DNA of 45,114 nucleotides from Candidatus Saccharimonadota bacterium (lineage in GTDB: Bacteria; Patescibacteriota; Saccharimonadia; Saccharimonadales; UBA10212). A program made the translations under genes and the position numbers. Where the stretch lies: the NCBI GenBank assembly GCA_016234585.1, contig JACRBB010000027.1, forward strand, positions 1 through 45,114. Reading direction: 5' to 3'. Positions 8,883 through 18,373 of this stretch are shown here, piece by piece. The stretch's first letter is position 1, and the number at the start of each line of letters is the position of its first letter. The notes below the pieces were generated by a model that worked only from the letters and a program-made list of their open reading frames with translations, did not search any database and had not been told where the DNA came from.

Positions 8883-9482
8883 ATGAATAAGCCAACAAAC
8901 CAAATTCTAGTCCCCACAGTTATTGAGCAGGAGGGCCGCATGGAGCGGGCCTATGATATATACAGCCGTCTGTTACGTGACCGCATAATCTTCTTAGGCG
9001 GTGAGGTCAGCGAGCACTCTGCCAATCTTATAATCGCCCAGATGCTATTTTTGGAAAATCAGGATTCAAACAAAGATATTATCTTTTATATAAACAGCCC
9101 CGGCGGGAGTGCCTATGACGCGCTGGCTATTTACGACACTATGCAGTACGTAAAAAGCGACGTCCAAACCGTGGGCATTGGCGTGCAGGCCAGCGCCGCG
9201 GCCTTTTTGCTGAGCTCCGGCGCTAAGGGTAAACGACTGTTGCTGCCCAACTCGACGGTCATGATTCACCAGCCGTCGGCCGGTACCCGTGGTAAGGTCA
9301 CAGATATGGAGATAGATCTGAAGGAAGGTTTGCGTTTAAAGAAGCTACTCAACGAAATTATGGCCAAGAACACCGGCCAAAAACTATCCAAGATTGAATC
9401 TGACGTGGAACGAGATTTTTGGCTGAGCGCCAACGAGGCCAAGGCCTACGGCCTAATCGATAAGGTTATCGTTAAGCGGTAG
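8883..9482 (+). CDS. clpP: ATP-dependent Clp protease proteolytic subunit
   Basis: [20 protein letters not shown]. Ser (QASAAAFLL), His (MIHQP) and Asp ([11 protein letters not shown]) triad contexts are present. The start at 8883 is chosen because the promoter -10 overlaps 8871. Confidence 0.9.
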   Translation: MNKPTNQILVPTVIEQEGRMERAYDIYSRLLRDRIIFLGGEVSEHSANLIIAQMLFLENQDSNKDIIFYINSPGGSAYDALAIYDTMQYVKSDVQTVGIGVQASAAAFLLSSGAKGKRLLLPNSTVMIHQPSAGTRGKVTDMEIDLKEGLRLKKLLNEIMAKNTGQKLSKIESDVERDFWLSANEAKAYGLIDKVIVKR

Positions 9483-9557
9483 AACCCGGCGTTTTTTTGC
9501 AGCAAGCAAATATTACAACATTTATTCCCAGAACCTATTGACAGTTGTATAAGGTGT

Positions 9558-9586
9558 TTGACACAATAGTATTCAAGAAGTAGTGT
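9558..9586 (+). promoter_or_regulatory. Candidate rpoBC promoter TTGACA-17 nt-TAGTGT
   Basis: This is the second of two TTGACA boxes 20 nt apart. The weak -10 keeps T1, A2 and T6. An alternative is TTCCCA-17-TATAAG at 9525-9553. Confidence 0.35.
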
Positions 9587-9699
9587 ACTTTGGCGTTTTT
9601 ATGTGGTTAATACTTGGGAGCCACATGCCGAACGTAGTGGGCTTCGCTAAATTATAAAGCGGAAACTAAATTATAGAAGCATAGGGAGCATTGCTGTTA

Positions 9700-12600
9700 A
9701 TGGCTAAGACAGGTATTTTATTGCAAAAACGCACGTACTTTACACAATCAGACGACGTACTAGATTCACCGAATCTTGTGGATCACCAAAACCAATCCTT
9801 TCAGTGGTTTATAGACGAAGGCTTGGGCGAACTGCTGGCCGAAATCAGCCCGATTGATGATTATACCGGTGGTAAATTGAGTATTAGGTTTAAGGATTAT
9901 CATTTTGAAAAACCGAAGACCACCGAAGCTGAGGCCCGCGAAAACAATGTCAGTTTTGACGCGCCACTCAAAGCTACGGCCGAACTGACCAACAAAGTCA
10001 CCGGCGAAATAAAAGAACAAGAAATTTATCTTGGCGACTACCCCTGGATGACAAGCCGGGGTACGTTTGTAATTAACGGCTCGGAGCGCGTGGTGGTTAG
10101 CCAGCTTATCCGCAGCAGCGGTGTATTCTTTACTGCCGAGCAGCGCGGAAACGCCAATATATATGGAGCCAAGGTTATCCCGGTACGCGGCGCCTGGCTA
10201 GAATTCGAAACCGCCGCTAATGGCGCTTTATACGTAAAAATTGATCGCAAGCGAAAAATAGCCGTGACCACGCTGCTTAGAGCGCTTGGTCTGCCAGAGC
10301 AGCAAATCCGTGAGGCTTTCAAGCACGTTGACCAGGGTCCGGTAAGTTATGTCGACGCTACTTTCGAAAAAGACCCGTCACGCGGCAGTAACGAGGCTTT
10401 GATTGAGGTTTACCGACGTTTGCGTCCTGGTGACCTGGCTACCGTGGACAACGCTCGAAGTTTGATTGAAAACATGTTCTATAATTTTAAACGCTTTGAT
10501 TTTGGCCGAGTTGGCCGTTACAAAATCAACAAGCGCTTGGACTTAAATGTACCCAACACCATTGAGAACCGGGTAATGCGTATCGATGATCTGTTGGCTA
10601 TTATCGCCGAAGTTATCCGCTTGAATGTCACCCAAGACCCACCTGACGAAATTGACTCTTTGGCCAACCGCCGCGTCAAGCTGGTTGGTGAGCTGGTACA
10701 GCGCCAGTTCCGAATCGGATTACTGCGCATGGAACGGAACGCCAAAGACCGTATGAGCATGAGCGAGATAGAAACCGTAACACCGGCCCAACTTATCAAT
10801 GCCCGCCCAGTTGTAGCGGCTGTCCGTGAGTTTTTTGCCAGCTCGCAGTTATCACAGTTCATGGACCAGACTAATCCGCTTTCCGAGTTGGCCCATAAAC
10901 GCCGCCTAAGTTCGATGGGTCCTGGTGGTTTATCCCGCGAACGGGCTGGTTTTGAAGTCCGTGACGCTCACGCTACCCACTATGGACGTATCTGTTCAGT
11001 AGAAACACCGGAAGGCGCCAACATCGGTTTGGTACTGAACCTGGCCAGCCATTCTCGTATTAACGAGTACGGCTTCATGGAAACCCCTTACCGGAAAGTT
11101 ACCAATGCCGTAACTCCTAAAGACGCTCCCGGCCATATCGCGGCAGCTGACTACGAAAACGAAAAAGGTACGGTAATAGTTAAAAAAGGCGCCGTAATCA
11201 CGGAGGCAGCCGCTAAAAAACTAGCTGCGGTTTCCGGACGGACGACCTGGCCGGTCAAAGCCAGAGTTACCGATAAAATCGTATATTTGGACGCCGCCCA
11301 AGAAGAATCGGCCGTCATAGCCGGCGCCGGTAATGCCGTGGATGAAAAGGGCTACTTTAAGAATCACCGTGTTACCGCCAGGTTCCACCTGGCTCCCGGA
11401 GAAGTTGATGCCGACGAAGTTGACCACATGGATGCCAGCCGTAACCAGACAATCGGCTCTAGTGCCAGCTTAGTACCGTTTATTGAAAAGAACTATGTGC
11501 TTCGTTCCTTGATGGGTAGTAACCAGCAACGCCAGGCTGTGCCGCTTATAAAACCCGAAAGCCCAATTGTCGGCACCGGTTTTGAGTCGATTGTCGCTGA
11601 AAATTCCGGCCAATTGGTGCTGGCCACGGCCGACGGTGAAGTCACTAAAGCCACAGCCGACGAAGTAACAGTTAAGTATAAAGATGGCAAGTCTACTGCC
11701 TACCAGCCGGTACACTTTGCCCGCAGTAATGACGGCAGCTGTATCAACCAGACTGTGGTCGTAAAAAGTGGTGATAAGGTTAAAAAAGGCGACCCGTTGA
11801 TTGAAGGCATGAGCATCGCTGGTGGAGAACTAGCGCTTGGCAAAGACCTTCTGACGGCCTTTATGCCGTGGGGCGGCTACAACTTCGAGGACGCCATCAT
11901 CCTAAGCCGCAGATTAGTAGAGGACGACACCTTAACCAGCATTCACATCGTTGACTACATGACCGAGGTCCGAGAAACCAAGCTAGGACCGGAAATCGTC
12001 ACCCGGGATATCCCGAATGTTAGCGAAGAAGCTCTAAGACACCTGGACGAAGACGGAATTGTGCGTATTGGCGCCGAAGTCCACCCCGGAGACATCTTGG
12101 TAGGTAAAATCACACCAAAGGGCGAGCAAGAGCTGTCCAGCGAGGAGCGATTGCTGCGCGCCATCTTTGGTGAAAAAGCCAAAGAAGTTCGTGATACCTC
12201 ACAGCGTATGAGTACCGGCCGCCACGGCAAAGTAGTTGGCGTAAAAGTATTCTCCCGGGCTAATGGCCACGAACTTAAAGCTGGCGTAATTATGCAAATT
12301 CAGGTCTTCGTGGCCCAGATGCGCAAAATCGACGTTGGTGACAAACTAGGTGGCCGCCACGGTAACAAGGGTGTTATTGCTCGTATTTTGCCAGCCGAGG
12401 ATATGCCATTCAACGAAGAAGGAATCCCGGTAGATGTAATTTTGAACCCTCTTGGTGTGCCTTCCCGTATGAACATCGGCCAGCTGTTCGAAACACACCT
12501 AGGTATGGCTGCCGAGGCTCTTGGTATCAAAGTCGCCAGCCCGCCTTTTAACGGAGTGCCGATTGAAAAGATAAAAGACCTGCTGAAGCAAGTCGGCTTG

Positions 12601-13257
12601 CCCGACGACGGTAAACAGCAGCTTTACGATGGCCGTACCAGTGAGGCTTTTGCCGAACGCACGACTGTCGGCAATATGTACATCATTAAGCTAGACCACA
12701 TGGTTAGCGATAAAATCCACGCTCGCTCAACCGGACCATACACCATGGTCACTCAGCAGCCGTTGGGCGGTAAAGCTCAAAACGGTGGTCAGCGATTCGG
12801 TGAGATGGAAGTTTGGGCGCTTGAAGCTTACGGCGCCAGCAACACCCTTCAGGAAATGTTAACTATTAAGTCCGATGATGTTTACGGACGTGCTAAGGCC
12901 TATGAAAGTATCATCAAGGGTACTGAAATACAGGGTCCTAAAGTACCAGAGAGTTTCAATGTGCTTGTTAAGGAACTCCAAGGCTTGGGGCTTAAAGTAG
13001 ATTTGCTGGCTAACAACAAAGTGGTTGACGCGGAAACAGTGCTAGCTCAAAACATCAAAGACGAGGCTAAGCATACACCTGAGTTACAACCTGGCCAGAC
13101 GGTCGTTGACGGCGCTGATGTGACCGAGGCAGCGGTAGCCGAAGATTTTAGCGCCATGGAAGTTGAAGACGGTGAAAATATCACTTTGAACGAGGAAGGC
13201 TTGACGGAGGTTTCACAACCGGAAACAGACACTGAACTAATGGAGGAGGCAGCTTAG
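9700..13257 (+). CDS. rpoB: DNA-directed RNA polymerase subunit beta
   Basis: About 1185 aa with unmistakable RpoB blocks (GTFVINGSERVVVSQL, SQLSQFMDQTNPL, GRHGNKGV, GGQRFGEMEVWALEAYGA). ATG at 9700 has GGGAG 11 nt upstream. Acidic C-tail. Confidence 0.95.
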   Translation: MAKTGILLQKRTYFTQSDDVLDSPNLVDHQNQSFQWFIDEGLGELLAEISPIDDYTGGKLSIRFKDYHFEKPKTTEAEARENNVSFDAPLKATAELTNKVTGEIKEQEIYLGDYPWMTSRGTFVINGSERVVVSQLIRSSGVFFTAEQRGNANIYGAKVIPVRGAWLEFETAANGALYVKIDRKRKIAVTTLLRALGLPEQQIREAFKHVDQGPVSYVDATFEKDPSRGSNEALIEVYRRLRPGDLATVDNARSLIENMFYNFKRFDFGRVGRYKINKRLDLNVPNTIENRVMRIDDLLAIIAEVIRLNVTQDPPDEIDSLANRRVKLVGELVQRQFRIGLLRMERNAKDRMSMSEIETVTPAQLINARPVVAAVREFFASSQLSQFMDQTNPLSELAHKRRLSSMGPGGLSRERAGFEVRDAHATHYGRICSVETPEGANIGLVLNLASHSRINEYGFMETPYRKVTNAVTPKDAPGHIAAADYENEKGTVIVKKGAVITEAAAKKLAAVSGRTTWPVKARVTDKIVYLDAAQEESAVIAGAGNAVDEKGYFKNHRVTARFHLAPGEVDADEVDHMDASRNQTIGSSASLVPFIEKNYVLRSLMGSNQQRQAVPLIKPESPIVGTGFESIVAENSGQLVLATADGEVTKATADEVTVKYKDGKSTAYQPVHFARSNDGSCINQTVVVKSGDKVKKGDPLIEGMSIAGGELALGKDLLTAFMPWGGYNFEDAIILSRRLVEDDTLTSIHIVDYMTEVRETKLGPEIVTRDIPNVSEEALRHLDEDGIVRIGAEVHPGDILVGKITPKGEQELSSEERLLRAIFGEKAKEVRDTSQRMSTGRHGKVVGVKVFSRANGHELKAGVIMQIQVFVAQMRKIDVGDKLGGRHGNKGVIARILPAEDMPFNEEGIPVDVILNPLGVPSRMNIGQLFETHLGMAAEALGIKVASPPFNGVPIEKIKDLLKQVGLPDDGKQQLYDGRTSEAFAERTTVGNMYIIKLDHMVSDKIHARSTGPYTMVTQQPLGGKAQNGGQRFGEMEVWALEAYGASNTLQEMLTIKSDDVYGRAKAYESIIKGTEIQGPKVPESFNVLVKELQGLGLKVDLLANNKVVDAETVLAQNIKDEAKHTPELQPGQTVVDGADVTEAAVAEDFSAMEVEDGENITLNEEGLTEVSQPETDTELMEEAA

Positions 13258-13258
13258 G

Positions 13259-16200
13259 ATGAGACACTATAATCACGGAACCAACATTGCTGATTTTGAC
13301 GCCGTACGGCTTGCCATCGCTAGCCCGGAAGATATTGCCGACTGGAGCAATGGCGAAGTAACCAAGCCCGAGACTATCAACTATCGAACCCAAAAACCGG
13401 AACGTGACGGATTGTTTTGCGAACGCATTTTTGGCCCGGTAAAGGACATTAATCCTCACGATGCCAAATATAAAGGTGTCCGTTCCCGCGAAGCAGCCGT
13501 TGATAAGAATGGTGAGCTGGTAACTCGAAGCATTGTCCGGCGCGAGCGCATGGGACATGTATCGTTAGCTGCCCCGGTAGCTCATATATGGTTCTTACGG
13601 GGCACGCCAAGCGCTATCGGCTTATTGCTGGGAATGACTGTAAAAAGTCTGGAGCGGGTAGCTTATTTTGCCAGCTATGTTGTCCAGAGCGTTGATACTA
13701 CGCAGCGTGACAAGATTCTTGCCGACAAAGAAGCCGAGTTTGCCGCCGCCGAAAAGGCCATCAAGGCCCGTTACGAAAAAGAAGCCGCCGCTAAAGACGC
13801 CAACGTTAAAGCGCTGGCTGAAGCCCAGACCAAAGAGCTGGAGGAACTGGCCGAGACTATCGAACTATTCAGGGCTCAGATAGCCAGTTTGGAAAAAATG
13901 CGTTTACTGTCTGAAACGGATTACCGTAACCTGCCCGACGAACTGCAAGCCCTAATAAAAGTTGGCATGGGTGGTGCTGCGCTTAAAGAACTACTAGAAG
14001 ATGTTGAGCTGGCTAAGTTAATCAAAGACCTGGGCAAGGAGGCCGAGGAAGCCAAAGGCCAACGCAAGAAAAAAATCATGAAACGCCTGCGGCTGATTGA
14101 AAGTATGCAACGGGCCGGCATCAAGCCTTCCAGTTTGTGTATTACCGTTTTACCAGTCATTCCTCCGGATCTTAGGCCGATGGTGCAGCTTACCGGCGGC
14201 CGATTCGCTACCTCAGATCTTAATGATTTATATCGCCGAGTCATCAATCGCAATAATCGCTTAAAGAAGCTTATGGACCTTAACGCGCCAGAAGTTATCC
14301 GCCGAAACGAGCAGCGTATGCTCCAAGAAGCCGTAGATGCGTTGATTGATAACAATAGCGCCCGTTCCGGCCGGGCCGTGGCTGCTACCGGCCAACGCCG
14401 CCGCTTGAAGAGTCTGAGCGACATGCTTAAAGGTAAACAAGGCCGTTTCCGACAGAACTTGCTTGGTAAGCGTGTGGATTACTCCGGCCGTTCGGTAATC
14501 GTTGCCGGCCCGGATCTTAAATTGGACCAGTGTGGTCTGCCAAAAACGATGGCCCTGGAACTGTTCAAGCCATTTGTTATAGGCCGATTAATTGAGCTGG
14601 AACTAGCTCATAATATCCGCAGCGCAACTCGCATGATAGAAACCGGAGAAACTGCCGTATGGGATGCTCTGGATGAAGTCATCGAGGGTAAGTACGTGCT
14701 GCTTAACCGCGCTCCAAGTTTGCACCGCCTGAGTATCCAAGCCTTCCAACCGGTACTTATCGAAGGTAAGGCCATCCAGCTTCATCCGCTAGTTTGTAAG
14801 GGCTTCGGCGCAGACTTTGACGGCGACCAAATGGCCGTCCATCTGCCGTTGTCTGAAGCCGCCCAGACAGAAGCCCGAGAAATCATGGCTTCCAACAAAA
14901 ACCTCCTGAAGCCGGCTGACGGTTCGCCGATTTTGCATGTCGAGCAAGACATCGTGCTGGGCTGTTTTTACCTGACCTACGAAAAATCTAAAACAGCTAA
15001 CGTCAAACCTCGTTCCTTCAGTGGCCTGGATGAAATGATTTTAGCCTACGACGCCGGTGACGTCATCCTACAAACCAGAGTAGAAGTGCCGTTCCGTGGT
15101 GAACTGCGTGACACTACCGTTGGACGGCTGCTGTTCAACGAAATTCTTCCCGAAGACTTTCCGTTCCAAAACGAGGCCATGACCAAGAAAAAATTAGCTG
15201 GTGTGATGGCGTTGGCCCATGAGCGTTATGGCCAGGAAGTTACTGCTAAACTTGCCGATGAACTTAAGGGCCTGGGCTTCCGATTTGCTACTAGCTCAGG
15301 GCTTTCAGTGGGTATGACCGACTTCTCTGATCTGAAAGTACTTAGCGGCTTAGTCGCCGAAGGCGAAAAACACGCTACCGAAATCAGCGAGCAGTACGAA
15401 GCCGGATTTATTACTGACGACGAACGATACCGTTTGACCGTCGAGGCCTGGACCGATGTTGACGGCAAAGTTGAGTCGGCCCTAGCTACTCAGTTCGCCA
15501 CCGAGGAAAACACTATGTCAATCGCTGTTAATTCTGGCGCTAGGGGTAATATCTCTCAGATGAAAGATTCTGTGGGTATGATCGGTATCCGAGCCGATGC
15601 CACAGGTCGAGCTATTGAGCTCCCGGTTCGCAGTAACTACAAGTACGGACTTACGCCTTTGGAGTATTTCACAGCCACCCGTGGTACCAGAAAATCCTTG
15701 ATTGACATCGCGCTTAGAACTGCCGACTCGGGTTATCTTACCCGCCGTTTAGTCGATGTGGCTCAAGATGTATTTACTGTTGTGAGTGATGCAGCAGACC
15801 CCGGTTTCCCGATGTATCGCAGTGACTCTGAAGTCGTCGGCGTAAGTTTTGCCGGCAGGCTGGAAGGCCGTTTCGCGGCCGAAAACGTTGGTAAACATGT
15901 CAAAGCTGGTGAGCCAATAACCCGTGAGGTTGCCAAAGCGATTGAACAGGATGAAAAAATTGAAGTCCTGCGAATCATGAGCGCCCTAAGCTGCACAAAC
16001 GTAAGAGGCGTCAGCCCCCAGTCTTACGGTGTTGATTTGGCTACCGGTGTGCTGGTTGCCCAAGATTACCCAATCGGCGTAATCGCTGCTCAGTCTATCG
16101 GTGAGCCAGGTACGCAGTTATCGCTTGACTCCAAGCATCGTGCTGGAGCCGTTACCGCCAGAGACGATGTTACCCAGGGCCTTACCCGTGTGGAAGAACT

Positions 16201-17080
16201 TCTGGAGGTTAGAATGCCTAAGGGTCAGGCTTACCTGACAGATATCAGTGGGCAAGCCAGCGTTTGGGAAGAGGGCGACCACTACATCGTACAAGTTACC
16301 GCTAAGGAACAGAAAGCCCTTAAGTTACCTCTGGCCGGCCGTCAGCCTCAGGTTGAAGATGGCGACGAAGTGGCTATCGGTGACACCGTTGCTGCTCACG
16401 AAGACGGCAGCGAACCAATTACCGCTGCTATGGGTGGCAAGGTCCACGTTACCGAGACAACTCTTACCATCACCCCAACAGCTAAAAGCGTGGTGCGCTA
16501 CGAAATACCAAGTTTCAAGCAAATGCTGGTCAAAGATGGTGATACCGTCGAAGCCGGTCAACGCTTGACTAACGGATCGATTAACTTGCACGAGCTGATG
16601 CGTCTGTCGGGTGTCGAAGCTACCCAGCGCTACATAATGAACGAGATTCTTCACATCTTTGCCAGTCAAGGTCAAACCATCGCCGATAAGCACCTAGAGG
16701 TAATTGTCCGGCAAATGTTCAGCCGTGTTCAGATTGAAGAATCCGGTGATAGTAAATTCATAACCGGTGATATCGCCAGCAAACTGGCTGTTGTAGAGGC
16801 TAACGAACAGTTAGCCGGCAGAGGTAAGCAACTGGTTAAATATAGTCAGCTGCTACTCGGCATCACCAAGGCGTCGCTTAGCACCGATTCGTTCTTGTCG
16901 GCCGCTTCTTTCCAAGATACCACTCGGGTGCTGATTGCGGCTGCTACCAGCGGAAAAGTCGATAAGCTTTACGGTCTTAAGGAAAACGTCATTTTGGGCC
17001 GACGCATTCCAGTCGGCACCGGAGCGCGTTCCATAAAAGAAAAAGCCCCGGCCAAGGCAGAAGTTGCGGATAAGGAGTAA
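13259..17080 (+). CDS. rpoC: DNA-directed RNA polymerase subunit beta'
   Basis: 1273 aa. Contains NADFDGDQM-type GADFDGDQMAVHLP catalytic loop, the LLGKRVDYSGRSVI block, and bridge-helix and trigger-loop blocks. Confidence 0.95.
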   Translation: MRHYNHGTNIADFDAVRLAIASPEDIADWSNGEVTKPETINYRTQKPERDGLFCERIFGPVKDINPHDAKYKGVRSREAAVDKNGELVTRSIVRRERMGHVSLAAPVAHIWFLRGTPSAIGLLLGMTVKSLERVAYFASYVVQSVDTTQRDKILADKEAEFAAAEKAIKARYEKEAAAKDANVKALAEAQTKELEELAETIELFRAQIASLEKMRLLSETDYRNLPDELQALIKVGMGGAALKELLEDVELAKLIKDLGKEAEEAKGQRKKKIMKRLRLIESMQRAGIKPSSLCITVLPVIPPDLRPMVQLTGGRFATSDLNDLYRRVINRNNRLKKLMDLNAPEVIRRNEQRMLQEAVDALIDNNSARSGRAVAATGQRRRLKSLSDMLKGKQGRFRQNLLGKRVDYSGRSVIVAGPDLKLDQCGLPKTMALELFKPFVIGRLIELELAHNIRSATRMIETGETAVWDALDEVIEGKYVLLNRAPSLHRLSIQAFQPVLIEGKAIQLHPLVCKGFGADFDGDQMAVHLPLSEAAQTEAREIMASNKNLLKPADGSPILHVEQDIVLGCFYLTYEKSKTANVKPRSFSGLDEMILAYDAGDVILQTRVEVPFRGELRDTTVGRLLFNEILPEDFPFQNEAMTKKKLAGVMALAHERYGQEVTAKLADELKGLGFRFATSSGLSVGMTDFSDLKVLSGLVAEGEKHATEISEQYEAGFITDDERYRLTVEAWTDVDGKVESALATQFATEENTMSIAVNSGARGNISQMKDSVGMIGIRADATGRAIELPVRSNYKYGLTPLEYFTATRGTRKSLIDIALRTADSGYLTRRLVDVAQDVFTVVSDAADPGFPMYRSDSEVVGVSFAGRLEGRFAAENVGKHVKAGEPITREVAKAIEQDEKIEVLRIMSALSCTNVRGVSPQSYGVDLATGVLVAQDYPIGVIAAQSIGEPGTQLSLDSKHRAGAVTARDDVTQGLTRVEELLEVRMPKGQAYLTDISGQASVWEEGDHYIVQVTAKEQKALKLPLAGRQPQVEDGDEVAIGDTVAAHEDGSEPITAAMGGKVHVTETTLTITPTAKSVVRYEIPSFKQMLVKDGDTVEAGQRLTNGSINLHELMRLSGVEATQRYIMNEILHIFASQGQTIADKHLEVIVRQMFSRVQIEESGDSKFITGDIASKLAVVEANEQLAGRGKQLVKYSQLLLGITKASLSTDSFLSAASFQDTTRVLIAAATSGKVDKLYGLKENVILGRRIPVGTGARSIKEKAPAKAEVADKE

Positions 17081-17125
17081 TTTTGCTAGAATTGACCACT
17101 GACTCTAAGGAGAGGCACTAAATAT

Positions 17126-17539
17126 ATGCCGACAATCAACCAATTGGTAAGAAAACCTCGCAAAAGTGCCGCTGGCAAAACCAAATCGCCGGCTCTGCAG
17201 CGCGTGACCAATAATCTTAAGACTAAAAGCTATGAAAAGCCCTCACCTTTCAAGCGCGGCGTCTGCGTTAGGGTGACTACTAAAACCCCTAAGAAGCCTA
17301 ACTCAGCACTTCGTAAGGTGGCCCGTGTGCGTCTAACCAACGGTCACGAAGTTTGGGCTTACATCGGCGGCGAGGGCCATAACCTGCAGGAACACGCCGT
17401 GGTTTTAGTTCGCGGCGGACGCGTCAAAGACCTTCCGGGTGTTCGTTACCACATTGTCCGCGGCTGCTTGGACCTCCAAGGTGTTCAAAACCGCAAGCAG
17501 GGTCGCTCCAAGTACGGGGCTAAGAAGGAAAACAAATAA
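17126..17539 (+). CDS. rpsL: 30S ribosomal protein S12
   Basis: [13 protein letters not shown]..., [16 protein letters not shown]. Confidence 0.95.
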   Translation: MPTINQLVRKPRKSAAGKTKSPALQRVTNNLKTKSYEKPSPFKRGVCVRVTTKTPKKPNSALRKVARVRLTNGHEVWAYIGGEGHNLQEHAVVLVRGGRVKDLPGVRYHIVRGCLDLQGVQNRKQGRSKYGAKKENK

Positions 17540-18018
17540 TGCCGCGTAAAACCACTAAATCTTTAGTTAGAGACGCGGCCCCGGACCGTCTATATAACAG
17601 TATGGCGGTTTCTAAACTGATTAATCGTGTGATGCGTGACGGCAAAAAGCAAATGGCCGAACGGCTGGTGTACGGCGGCATGGAAAAGGCAGCCAAAAAA
17701 CTAAAAGTAGACAATCCACTGGAAGTTTTCGAGCAAGCTATGAAAAACATCCAACCACACCTAGAGACCCGTTCCCGCCGGGTTGGCGGAGCCAACTATC
17801 AGATCCCGTTTGAAGTTAAGAGCCAACGGCAACAGCATCTGACCACTATGTGGTTCGTGGCTGCCGCCCGTGATCGTAAGGGTATGAGTATGGAAGACCG
17901 TATTGCCCTGGAGTTAGTGGATGCCTATAACAGCGCTGGCGCGGCCGTTAAGAAAAAAGAAGATGTTCACAAAATGGCCGAGGCCAACCGCGCCTTCGCC
18001 CACTTCGCCAGGAGTTAA
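17539..18018 (+). CDS. rpsG: 30S ribosomal protein S7
   Basis: MPRK...DRLYNS..VSKLINRVMRDGKK, and the C-terminal KMAEANRAFAHF block. Confidence 0.95.
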   Translation: MPRKTTKSLVRDAAPDRLYNSMAVSKLINRVMRDGKKQMAERLVYGGMEKAAKKLKVDNPLEVFEQAMKNIQPHLETRSRRVGGANYQIPFEVKSQRQQHLTTMWFVAAARDRKGMSMEDRIALELVDAYNSAGAAVKKKEDVHKMAEANRAFAHFARS

Positions 18019-18025
18019 TTTCCGT

Positions 18026-18370
18026 ATGCCACCTCTTAAAATGGCCCCTGGTGCTCACTACGAACTTGCAGATTCACCAATTCCCGAAGACCTGCAAGCA
18101 CAAGTTGCAGTAGGCTCGCTACACCCCTTTGAGGTGTCGGACTCAGGAGATCATGTCTTTGTGCCTCCTGGGATGGAACCTTCAATGGCTGTCGCAGCCT
18201 ATATGTATGAAACTGAGAACTTTGCGCCAGTAGTCGCAAATTATGACACGGATTTTAATGCAGCTAGCCACAATACAAAAAGTGAAGGTTTAGTAAGAAC
18301 CTCTGAAAGTGAGGGAAGAAAAGGAAATATCGCAAAGCGCATCGCAAGAATATTAAGGAGAAATGGATAA
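18026..18370 (+). CDS. Orphan 114-aa protein (acidic body, basic C-tail) filling the rpsG-fusA junction
   Basis: ATG has aggag 11 nt upstream. Fills 345 of the 355 intergenic nt. Its last codons (ttaaggagaaatggataa) supply the SD for the fusA GTG 3 nt later. No family recognised. Confidence 0.6.
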   Translation: MPPLKMAPGAHYELADSPIPEDLQAQVAVGSLHPFEVSDSGDHVFVPPGMEPSMAVAAYMYETENFAPVVANYDTDFNAASHNTKSEGLVRTSESEGRKGNIAKRIARILRRNG

Positions 18371-18373
18371 AAA

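Noticed and set aside
9483-9500. A possible intrinsic terminator after clpP (the T7 run at about 9492-9498).
   Set aside because: Only a 3-4-bp stem (cgg/ccg) can be drawn in front of the T-run, which is too weak to call.
13181-14424. Long antisense or out-of-frame ORFs inside essential genes, for example 13181-13558(-), 13921-14424(-), 18931-19377(-), 22614-23054(-), 27404-27829(-), 1079-1465(-) and 10518-10862(-).
   Set aside because: All are embedded in strongly conserved genes (rpoB/C, fusA, tuf, rplV, recG). They have Ser/Arg/Leu/Pro-rich low-complexity translations typical of shadow ORFs and no start signals.
17921-18025. The track ORF 17921-18370 extends ORF A 105 nt upstream into the 3' end of rpsG.
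   Set aside because: The extension overlaps the S7 coding sequence in another frame. An in-frame ATG at 18026 with aggag 11 nt upstream lies just past the rpsG stop and explains the ORF without any overlap.
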